In this document: positions 1-8,461 of the stretch, one piece after another
Layout: the number at the start of each line of letters is the position of its first letter
Numbering within the stretch: position 1 is the stretch's first letter
Assembly: GCA_963819815.1 (NCBI GenBank)
Contig: CAWFXL010000001.1
Coordinates: 448,001-512,000 of the forward strand
Direction of reading: 5' to 3'
DNA: 64,000 nt
Source of the DNA: an uncultured bacterium
GTDB lineage: Bacteria > Babelota > Babeliae > Babelales > Babelaceae
The notes under the pieces: generated by a model
Seen by the model: the letters and a program-made list of their open reading frames with translations, nothing else
What the model was told of the DNA's origin: nothing
The model's database searches: none
Made by a program: the position numbers and the translations under genes

Positions 1-298
1 TTTCAACCCGCCCAAGCTGTTTTATAAGGAACTTTCCAATGCTGAAGTGAACTTGAGGTACATCTATAACGATATGATTCTCCTCGAGAAGCCATAAAAT
101 ACCGCGTAACAACTTGGCATGTTGTAGAGAAACTTCAAAAGAGCTTTCTTCTTGTAAGTTTTCTTCTTTTCCCATTATAAGTTTGATCGTCTGTTCATTG
201 CTTTCTATCGATTGCACAGTGCTCTCTACTGCAAGATTCATCGGTAGTGCCGTAAAGAACCATGACAAGGTCATGAGAAGAACTTTATTAGTATTCAT
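1..298 (-). CDS. 5' part of a secreted protein with a probable Skp1/BTB-like N-terminal domain (runs off the window)
   Basis: Hand translation from ATG at 298 is open to the edge: MNTNKVLLMTLSWFFTALPM...TIKLIMGKEE..FEVSLQHAKLLRGILWLLEE..IDVPQV. Signal peptide, then a pattern resembling the Skp1-like domains at 11470 and 49711. Confidence 0.65.
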   Translation of the reverse strand, partial: MNTNKVLLMTLSWFFTALPMNLAVESTVQSIESNEQTIKLIMGKEENLQEESSFEVSLQHAKLLRGILWLLEENHIVIDVPQVHFSIGKFLIKQLGRVE

Positions 299-526
299 AT
301 TATTTCGTACCTTTCTGCTATTGAGATAATCGACTTCCTTGGAGTCAAGTATTTCAACGTTAGATGAATAAGCTTTTTTAGACCTTTGCGCAAGCTTCAT
401 TGAGATGAAGATCATATGATTCGTGGCTGAAGTTAAGCTTCATAATGCTGTATCGCTTCTGATTTGGCAACCTGCCTAGAAAATCAATAGTATGTATTAT
501 ACTTCACGTTGTAGCTTTTTCTCCGG

Positions 527-2803
527 TTAGGTGGGGAGAATGGTCTTCAGTCTTTCAAGAGCGACCCTTTTAAGAGGACTGTTGGTCGCGCACGCATTAA
601 TATGATAACTAAATTCTGCCCGATAATGCCTATCTCTCAAAAGAGATGATGCAACGATGAGGTTGACTAATTGTACGTCATACTCATCAAAATACTGACC
701 GTTTAGCAGCACTTCTAAAGGACTTACGTTATTCGCATCATCCTGCAAAACCGACGCTCCAGCTTGCAATAAGAGCATAAGTACCTGCTTTTGACGTTCT
801 CTAGTATCGGGCGTATGCCCATTAAATTCTTCAAACAGCTCATGCAAGGCTGTTTTGAATCCAGTACCTGCAGAGTTAACTAGTGCCCCTGCTTCGATGA
901 GCATCTGCACACTCTGCGCGTCATACATTCCTGCTACGACACAGAGAGGCGTTTCTCTTTCTCTATTCTGTACATTTGCAGATGCACCCGCCCTGAGAAG
1001 CATTGCTATGAGCCTTTGTCTTACCGATGAAGTTCGAAGATTTGCGGCGATATGTAAGGGGGTATCGCGCTGTGCTGAGTCTGCAACGGTAGGATATGCC
1101 CCGTGGCTTAGCAGAAGCTCCACCCAAGGAATATGTCCTCGCTTCATCGCTTGATGAAGTAAGGTTGATCCTTCTTTAGTACGAACGTTGATCTCTTTCG
1201 AGTGAGCTACAACCATACGCAAAGTTCTTTCATCAATCTCCTCAGGCTCTGTCTCTGTGGAGCTTGAACTGGCAGGAGCAGTTACCATGTCATCTATTTC
1301 ACCAACCTGTACTGCTTTCAGAATAGTGTCAAAATCGTTCATCGCACTAAAGTAAGCTTTTTGAGTTTGCAAAGAAACGGTGAAATTAAGCTTTTCAAGA
1401 GTTTCGGCAAATTTTTGATATGCTCCTTTAGGTATAGTGCTCGGTATTAGTATGAGTCTTCTCGACGCGAAGCCTCGCGGTAGGCTCGCAAGAAAGAGTT
1501 TAATTATCTTACTCTTAACGTCTGACCAGCCCCCTTCAGAGAGTGCAAAGAGTGGTGTTACCTTATCTTCATCTTCTAATTCTATCGAAGCACCATGGGC
1601 CATAAGAACCGCTGCAGCATTATAGTATAGCATCTCTTTCTCTTCATCCTTTAGTTCAGGACGTTCTAACATGTCATTAAATCTTGAAAGAAGTAAATGC
1701 AGTGGGCTATTCCACGCAGCATCTTGAAAATTAACATCCGCCCCATGTTGGACAAGAACTGCGATACAACGAGCATCTCCGGCATGCGCTGCTGCATGTA
1801 AGGGAGTATATCTATAGTCACGGTATCGAGTAGGACTTGCTCCCGATTGAAGCAATTCTCTTAATCGTTCTGGGTCACCACTTGCTGCCAGATGTAATGC
1901 AGAATACTGGGGGTTTTTTCTGAAGTGAGTATCATTATTAACATATGCTATTCCAAGATCGAGCTTCGTATACAATGTATCGCTTATCCCGACAAGGAGT
2001 GCTTTCAAACAAGCATAATTTTTTTGCAAAACTGCTCGTTCAAAGAGCCTTTCAAAGGTACGTTGCTGTGAGGGAAAGTTGTTGCCACCAGTGAAGAGTT
2101 CATGAAAACAAATAATATGAATGCTTCTTTGGTCCTTCAAATCAACCGCAAGGTCAAGTGGCGTTCTACCCAAAAGATTAGTCATATCATCAATTTTTAC
2201 AAACCTAAAGCCTCTGTAAGTACATCGTTTAAGAATCTCTTCTTGTTTCGCATAATCTTTCTCTTTTACTGCTCCGTGTAGTGGCATATTGCCCTCGCTA
2301 TCTTTAACAAATACTGGTTCAAGAAGACCCTGGAGCTCTGGTAAAATCTTTGGCAGTTTTGTAAGGAATTTTTGTCGGCTAAGGTCACGAACAAGTCTTC
2401 TGAGGTAACGCCTAAAATCACCGCTCATTGCCGTCAGATTAAACATACCTTTTTTTACTATCGGGTTCGAGGTGAGAGATAATTCGTGCTCGCAAATAGC
2501 ACAGACTGCAGCTAAGGCATTATGTTTTATTGCCACATCAAGTGGAGTCTCTCCTTTAAGGTTCTGTAGAGTAGTATTACTCACGTTGGTAGCAAACCAA
2601 TCCATTAAGGTCATGGGAGAGTCCTCTTGATTGCTTGAGCCAAAAATTCTATGGAATGAAGTGTTTCCTTGATCGTCTCTCGCAAAAATATCGTTTGATC
2701 GTATTTCTTCTACATGTGAGCAAGCGCTTGCTTGCATCAACAGGGAAGAACATACTATTAACCCTAACACCGCACTGAAGATTTTTTTGGAAAGAGACAT
2801 CAT
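527..2803 (-). CDS. Secreted ankyrin repeat protein
   Basis: 758 aa ORF with hydrophobic N-terminus ending LMQA-S; many ankyrin motifs (GETPLDVA, YTPLHAAA, NSPLHLL, DTPLHIAA). Confidence 0.92.
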   Translation of the reverse strand: MMSLSKKIFSAVLGLIVCSSLLMQASACSHVEEIRSNDIFARDDQGNTSFHRIFGSSNQEDSPMTLMDWFATNVSNTTLQNLKGETPLDVAIKHNALAAVCAICEHELSLTSNPIVKKGMFNLTAMSGDFRRYLRRLVRDLSRQKFLTKLPKILPELQGLLEPVFVKDSEGNMPLHGAVKEKDYAKQEEILKRCTYRGFRFVKIDDMTNLLGRTPLDLAVDLKDQRSIHIICFHELFTGGNNFPSQQRTFERLFERAVLQKNYACLKALLVGISDTLYTKLDLGIAYVNNDTHFRKNPQYSALHLAASGDPERLRELLQSGASPTRYRDYRYTPLHAAAHAGDARCIAVLVQHGADVNFQDAAWNSPLHLLLSRFNDMLERPELKDEEKEMLYYNAAAVLMAHGASIELEDEDKVTPLFALSEGGWSDVKSKIIKLFLASLPRGFASRRLILIPSTIPKGAYQKFAETLEKLNFTVSLQTQKAYFSAMNDFDTILKAVQVGEIDDMVTAPASSSSTETEPEEIDERTLRMVVAHSKEINVRTKEGSTLLHQAMKRGHIPWVELLLSHGAYPTVADSAQRDTPLHIAANLRTSSVRQRLIAMLLRAGASANVQNRERETPLCVVAGMYDAQSVQMLIEAGALVNSAGTGFKTALHELFEEFNGHTPDTRERQKQVLMLLLQAGASVLQDDANNVSPLEVLLNGQYFDEYDVQLVNLIVASSLLRDRHYRAEFSYHINACATNSPLKRVALERLKTILPT

Positions 2804-3171
2804 TTTGTATGCCTTATAATTACGTTGCTCTTTAAAAATTATTCCCCTTAAAGTATATCTTAATTATCATCAAACTTACAAGCGGACAGCTTATGCTAGA
2901 TAACTGAGCGGCTCAGAAAAAACATAATCAGAAAACTAGTGAGTACCATGACTCATGCTATACGTATTGTTATTTGATATGACAGTACGGGAAAAAGTAA
3001 TCTCCTGCCGGTGAATAATGGCTGGGCATTCATCCATAGCTAGGAAACCTAAGAGTGATATAAAAACTCTTTTCAAAATAGATATGCGTATAGTAGGTCG
3101 AGAGTGCTAATGGACACTATCCGCTCTACCAGGCCAGGGTTTCTATAAACCAGCCAAGCCAACGCATTTGA

Positions 3172-6100
3172 TCACACTGTTTTCTGTACTTTAAGCTTGA
3201 GATTCGCCTCCTCAATCTGCGAGGGGTTAAGGCTTTCTTGAGCGACAATCTTGAAGTGTTTAAATGCTTCTAGAAGATCTATTTCAATGGCTGGCGTGCC
3301 TTCATAATGCTGTCGTGCCAGCGAAAAATGAGCATCTATATGAGGAATGCCTAACACTTCGCCTATTGCAACTGCTTTTGCATCATATTCATGCACCTTT
3401 TCCCATTTCTTTCTCAGGAGCTGAGCTTTATCTTCAAGGACCTCCAACTTCTTTTGAGGAATGTTTTCATCCGATAGCTCATAGATACGTGCTATGTGGT
3501 AAGCGGCTTCAGATTGAACCCGTAAATTATATGGCTGATTAAGCGCTCTTTCATAACACGTAAGAGCTTGCAATGAGAGTATTTTTTTACTTGGAGATTC
3601 ACGAAATGCGATATGGCCAAGATAAAGCTCAGCCGCTGGACATATCCAGGAATTAGTGTTGGTGGCTCGTGCTTTTTTTAAATATTCTTTCGCTTGAGCA
3701 AGCGAGTCGACAGAGCTTGTATAGTGTAATTTCCCGAGCCTATAATAAGCTTCAGCTTTAAGTAGTTCATTTGAAGAGCGAGTAGCTTTTGAAAGAGCTA
3801 TTTCAAAACAGCTCATTGCCTTGGAGACCTTTTCTCTTGCAAGCAGGAAGCGACCTCGATAAAGCCAGGCTTGTGCACAATCTTGACTGGATGTTTCACA
3901 GGTATCTTCGCAAAGTCTCATGGCCTGTTCATAGAGGCTTACTACTGGTTCTGCTGTACTGTCTATTTTAAGGTCTTTACATTGAGCTCGATGCAAGAGA
4001 AACAGTGCGGCAATTCTACTTCTGAAACTAGCTTCCCCATCTATTTGGTTAACTTCTTCATCGTCTATATTGCTCACAATGAGATTTTGCTGATGAGCAA
4101 TAACCTGATTTAGATAGTATAGTGCATTCATCTGCGATTGTTTTACACCATATCCGTAAAAGTACATCTCACCTAACCGAGCACAAGCATAAGCCTGAAC
4201 AGCTTTGTCGACATCCTGTTTACTCGATATTTCAAAGAATTTGCAAGCCATTGCCGGATTCCACTCTACACCTCTCCCTAGGAAACACATTTCTCCTAAT
4301 ACGTGTGCTGCTAGAGCTTTATAGATTTTGGTTTCAGACAATTTGTATAAACCCTGAAAGTTTCGATATGCCTCCTCATACTTACCTTGCATATAAAAAC
4401 TAGCTGCTGATTTATACAATGTATGGGCGATATGCTCTCCTGTTTGAGTAAGCTTTAGAGAGCTTTTCCAAGTATTTTCAGGAGAAGTCTCAATACCGGT
4501 TTGATCTAATTTTCCTGCAAGAGCTTTCTGAGAAATCACATCAAATGGGCAAGAGGCTGCTTCTACCTCACGTGAACGATCCTTGCTAGCCGATGAATTT
4601 TTTACTGTAGATTCAGACGAGGTACTTGTATCTTCAGATGAGGTACTTGTAGAGGCAAGGGGACTTTCAGCTCGTGGGGTCACTAAGACTATTTCAGATG
4701 CATCATGTTCGGTCACTCTTGGAGTATCTAATTCATCTTGAACAACAAATTCTACTATCTGAGAACCGGAGCTGCTCTGTTGACCACTTGATAAATGCTC
4801 ATCCTGAGAAATTCCTGTGTCGGCATGAGAATGAGAGGTCTGTGTTGTTATGCTCACGCTTGGAGATTCCGACCCCTGAGACATACGGTCATTAGGTAGT
4901 GAAATACTTAACTCTGGGGATGGCTCTTGTTGAGCAACAGGTTGCGCCTGATCTCCTGAATGCTCATTCTGAGCAATTCCTGTGTCGGTACGAGGATGAG
5001 ACGTCTGTGTTCTGCTCACGGCTGGAGATTCCGTCTCCTGAGACACACGGTCATTAGGTAGTGGAATACTTAACTCTGGGGATGGTTCTTGTTGAGCAAC
5101 AGGTTGCGCTTGATCTCCTGAATGCTCATCCTGAGCAATTCCTACATCGGCCCGAGAATGAGAGGTCTGTGTTGTGCTCACGGCTGGAGATTCCGTCTCC
5201 TGAGACATACGGTCATTAGGTAGTGGAATACTTAACTCTGTGGATGGCTCTTGTTGAGCAACACGTTGCGCTTGATCTCCTGAATGCTCATCCTGAGCAA
5301 TTCCTACGTCGGCCCGAGAATGAGAGGTCTGTGTTGTGCTCACGGCTGGAGATTCCGTCTCCTGAGACATATCCTTATCGGGCAACGCAATACTTAACTC
5401 TGTGGATGGCTCTTGTTTACGGACACGAGGAGACGCTGTACGCCTAGTGCCTCTTGGTGATGAGTAAGTCTCTTGCAAAACGCTCGTTTCAACGTGTGTA
5501 CCAGAAGCACCTAACACTCGTCTTTTTGGAGATATCATTCTCTCCTGAGGCATACTAAGTAGCTCACTTTGCGACGGCTCTTGTTTACGGACACGTGGAG
5601 ATGCTATACGCCTAGTGCCTCTAGGTGATGCGTAAGTCTCTTGAGAGACGCCACTTGCGGCTTGCGCACCAGAAGTAGCAACCACTCTTCTTTTTGGAGA
5701 TTTCATCCGGTCTTGGAGCATACTAGGTAGCTCACTTTGTGGCGGCTCTTGTCTTTGCGAACGTGGAGACGCTGTTTGCAGAGTACTTCTCGGTGATGAG
5801 TGCTTCTCGTAAGAGATGCCAGTTATAACTTGTGCACCAGAGGTATGAGACCTTCTTCTCCTTGGAGAGCTAACTGAAGAATCGTATGATACCACGCTTG
5901 TTTCAGGTCGATCAGATGTGGTGATTCTTCTATGATCAGACGAAGCACTTCGTACAAGTTTATCTGTGCTCTGCACGGGAGTTGTAGACTCAGATGTGCT
6001 ACGTGTCCGAACGTTTAGATGTGGGGAGAATGGTCGGTTATCTTCCCAGGCTTTTCTAAAATCTGGAAATGCTGCAAACATAAGCTCCCGAAATGTTTCA

Positions 6101-7869
6101 TTGCACTCCTCAAAAATTCTACGAAGGTGATATGCCGTAGCCAGTTCACCTAGATCGGGATTCTCCTGTCTAAGCCGATTAATGAGGTACTGGATGCATA
6201 GAGCTTGCTCAAGAGGCATGCTTGATGAAATAAAATCTGATACTTCTTGATTGCCCATATGCCATACTTTTATCAAGCCATCAGGGCCGGTGCCCAGAAA
6301 AGCTGCTCCCTGACTACTTAAATAGGCTCCCTGCAACGCGAGTGAAGGGGGTAACGGTAACTTTTGGTAACTTTCACCTCGAACATCAGAGCGTGCCATT
6401 CCAGGGGCACCGCCATCAACAACTATTGCTGAACTCATTTTTCTCGTTGGCAGGAAAGCAAGGTTATCTATAAACTCATTACTAGAAGTATCACAAAAAA
6501 TCTTTACCGTACCCTTTTTAAGCTCGGTAAGCTGTTCATGAGGAATAATATCATAGGACAACACAGGAATATTGCCCTCGGTAATAGGTTCTACGGTATC
6601 TTGTTGGCAGTTCCAGACCCGTATTTCGTGGGTATCTGAAATAGTAACAAACTTTGAACCATTTGTGTAAAAGCCTCGATAGCCTGCTCCTGAATTCTTT
6701 TTATATGCTATAAACTTCTCTTTCTCCCATTCGTAAAACAGAAGATCCCCTCCAGGGCGTACTTCAATGATCAACTGATCATCATTTCCAAAAACAATGG
6801 TTGAATGATTGTTTTTCTTGTTATCCCTTTTATATGCTGGAGGAGCTAAGACTGTTTTCGTCTCTATTTGCGACGCTTCGGATTGACCTTTTCGAATGCT
6901 CAGTACGATGATTTTTTCGTCAAGTACCAATGCTAAATGTCTTCGGTCAGTACTGAGAGCTGTTCCCCAAATTCTTTTACTATCTTTATAGAGGTCTTTC
7001 CATGCAGGCGGAGTCGTATTGGAAAGACCAAATGAATCCCAAAGGTCGACACGTTTTTTCCCCCAGGTTATGATTCGGTTACCATCACAGAAGTGGACCC
7101 CTTTTATTTTGTAATCGAGCACTACATAGTATACTGAGTCACCACTTTTAAGATCAAAAACCTCAATAAAGCTGGTATCCTTTTTTTGAAGACCTGCAAT
7201 AACCACATGATGGCTATCGGGACTTACAGAACAGTATAGGAGCGGTTTGTCATTTTTTAGGGTGACACATAATTGGGCCCTTAAAAACTCTTGATCTTCG
7301 TCTTCTAGAAGCTTTACAGGAGATTGGGTAAGCTCAGGAGGCAACTCAAGCTCTGAAACCAGCCGTGCATTCGATACAAACGCGGCAAGTGAAGTTTCTT
7401 TTTTCAAGAGAAATAAAAATCCTGCAAGAGCAATAGGTTTCAACTTTTCAAGCCGCATGATCCGTATAAGGCTAAAGAGCTCACTCAATTCCTTAACTTT
7501 AACAGGAAGCGCTGCTGCACTGCGGTCGCCTTCTGAAATTTTGCTCATGAGACTTTTTTTAAGTTTTCCGTTTTTCCGTTTTTCGTTTTTAAGTTGAAGA
7601 AGGTAATCATTTAACATCTCGAGTTGATCACTGTTTAAAGGGACCTTAATAGGCATATCTTCTGTGGTTCCTAGTGCTGCATTTTGCTGTAACAGTGCTC
7701 CTATGTACTGTGACTCCTGAGCCCAGATAGCATCAAGCTGAAATGGCTTATCATCTGCGCTTACCGCAAAAAGATTGGTGTTTGTCGTACAAAGATCTTG
7801 TATCGCGACCGCTCCCTGTAAGGTTGCTCCAAAAGAAATGCATAGAAAAAAATAATGCCGCAAACTCAT
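3172..7869 (-). CDS. Large secreted multidomain protein: BTB/Skp1-like, divergent WD40-like propeller, Ser/Thr/Gln-rich tandem repeats, Sel1-like repeats
   Basis: 1565 aa; signal peptide; VSADDKPFQL..IKVPL; WD-like strands (VDLWD, IRVWN, IKVWH); C-terminal LGEMCFLGRGV and LGEMYFYGYGV Sel1 motifs; paralogous to 32896..36258. Confidence 0.85.
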   Translation of the reverse strand: MSLRHYFFLCISFGATLQGAVAIQDLCTTNTNLFAVSADDKPFQLDAIWAQESQYIGALLQQNAALGTTEDMPIKVPLNSDQLEMLNDYLLQLKNEKRKNGKLKKSLMSKISEGDRSAAALPVKVKELSELFSLIRIMRLEKLKPIALAGFLFLLKKETSLAAFVSNARLVSELELPPELTQSPVKLLEDEDQEFLRAQLCVTLKNDKPLLYCSVSPDSHHVVIAGLQKKDTSFIEVFDLKSGDSVYYVVLDYKIKGVHFCDGNRIITWGKKRVDLWDSFGLSNTTPPAWKDLYKDSKRIWGTALSTDRRHLALVLDEKIIVLSIRKGQSEASQIETKTVLAPPAYKRDNKKNNHSTIVFGNDDQLIIEVRPGGDLLFYEWEKEKFIAYKKNSGAGYRGFYTNGSKFVTISDTHEIRVWNCQQDTVEPITEGNIPVLSYDIIPHEQLTELKKGTVKIFCDTSSNEFIDNLAFLPTRKMSSAIVVDGGAPGMARSDVRGESYQKLPLPPSLALQGAYLSSQGAAFLGTGPDGLIKVWHMGNQEVSDFISSSMPLEQALCIQYLINRLRQENPDLGELATAYHLRRIFEECNETFRELMFAAFPDFRKAWEDNRPFSPHLNVRTRSTSESTTPVQSTDKLVRSASSDHRRITTSDRPETSVVSYDSSVSSPRRRRSHTSGAQVITGISYEKHSSPRSTLQTASPRSQRQEPPQSELPSMLQDRMKSPKRRVVATSGAQAASGVSQETYASPRGTRRIASPRVRKQEPSQSELLSMPQERMISPKRRVLGASGTHVETSVLQETYSSPRGTRRTASPRVRKQEPSTELSIALPDKDMSQETESPAVSTTQTSHSRADVGIAQDEHSGDQAQRVAQQEPSTELSIPLPNDRMSQETESPAVSTTQTSHSRADVGIAQDEHSGDQAQPVAQQEPSPELSIPLPNDRVSQETESPAVSRTQTSHPRTDTGIAQNEHSGDQAQPVAQQEPSPELSISLPNDRMSQGSESPSVSITTQTSHSHADTGISQDEHLSSGQQSSSGSQIVEFVVQDELDTPRVTEHDASEIVLVTPRAESPLASTSTSSEDTSTSSESTVKNSSASKDRSREVEAASCPFDVISQKALAGKLDQTGIETSPENTWKSSLKLTQTGEHIAHTLYKSAASFYMQGKYEEAYRNFQGLYKLSETKIYKALAAHVLGEMCFLGRGVEWNPAMACKFFEISSKQDVDKAVQAYACARLGEMYFYGYGVKQSQMNALYYLNQVIAHQQNLIVSNIDDEEVNQIDGEASFRSRIAALFLLHRAQCKDLKIDSTAEPVVSLYEQAMRLCEDTCETSSQDCAQAWLYRGRFLLAREKVSKAMSCFEIALSKATRSSNELLKAEAYYRLGKLHYTSSVDSLAQAKEYLKKARATNTNSWICPAAELYLGHIAFRESPSKKILSLQALTCYERALNQPYNLRVQSEAAYHIARIYELSDENIPQKKLEVLEDKAQLLRKKWEKVHEYDAKAVAIGEVLGIPHIDAHFSLARQHYEGTPAIEIDLLEAFKHFKIVAQESLNPSQIEEANLKLKVQKTV
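4795..5417 (-). repeat. Intragenic tandem repeat, 162 bp (54 aa) unit, about 4 copies
   Basis: CTTAACTCTG recurs at 4907, 5069, 5231 and 5393 (162 bp period); unit QEPSTELSIPLPNDRMSQETESPAVSTTQTSHSRADVGIAQDEHSGDQAQPVAQ. Confidence 0.92.
5408..5875 (-). repeat. Intragenic tandem repeat, 168 bp (56 aa) unit, about 3 copies, rich in SP-basic motifs
   Basis: GGCTCTTGT recurs at 5408, 5576 and 5744; unit contains SPKRR, SPRGTRR and SPRVRK. Confidence 0.88.
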
Positions 7870-8052
7870 AGAAGGCTCCTTTACGTTACTGAGGAAATAA
7901 CCTAACTGCTACAGTATCAAGGAATTTGCAAGGCATCAAATTTTAGTCTACTAGCAAAAAGAAATCTCTTTCAGCACACTGCAACAAAACTGCCACTGTA
8001 TTGAGGGCTAGAGCAATCGAAACTGGGATGTTTTGAGCTCCATGACGATCTT

Positions 8053-8231
8053 GATCGAGTATGGATGTGTGCTCTGTGTAGAAGCACTCATGATAGAGAC
8101 TATAATGCTGCGAAAAATATCGAACGAGTTGGGGCACCAACTCTTGGGTTAGGTGATGTAAGACCAACTTTGTTGGCTATCGCTGTCTGATTCCAAAATC
8201 CCCGGAATGTATTCCTGGGCGAGTATGTCAA
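8053..8231 (+). mobile_element. tnpB: IS200/IS605-family remnant: TnpB C-terminus plus right end (omega-RNA region), copy 1
   Basis: 8053..8190 reads DRVWMCALCRSTHDRDYNAAKNIERVG...AV*, matching the TnpB zinc finger/RuvC-III motif DRDxNAAxNI. Followed by hairpin CCCGGAATGTATTCCTGGG and terminal GAGTATGTCAA. Confidence 0.9.
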
Positions 8232-8461
8232 TTGGCAAAACTCTCGAGCTCTCTGAGAGACAAAATATGGCTCAAACAATATTTTTTAGAGGTTCTCATA
8301 GCTCGCAACCATTCTTTGCAGCCCAGATGAAAGCCTTCACAATCTTGAATGATCGATGCATATTCAAATGAAACTTGCCATAAGAACACTTCGAATATCT
8401 AATTCCTATAGCTTTATCCAAAACCAGACTGTCAGTTGCAGGCTATATGTAACTTTCCCAA

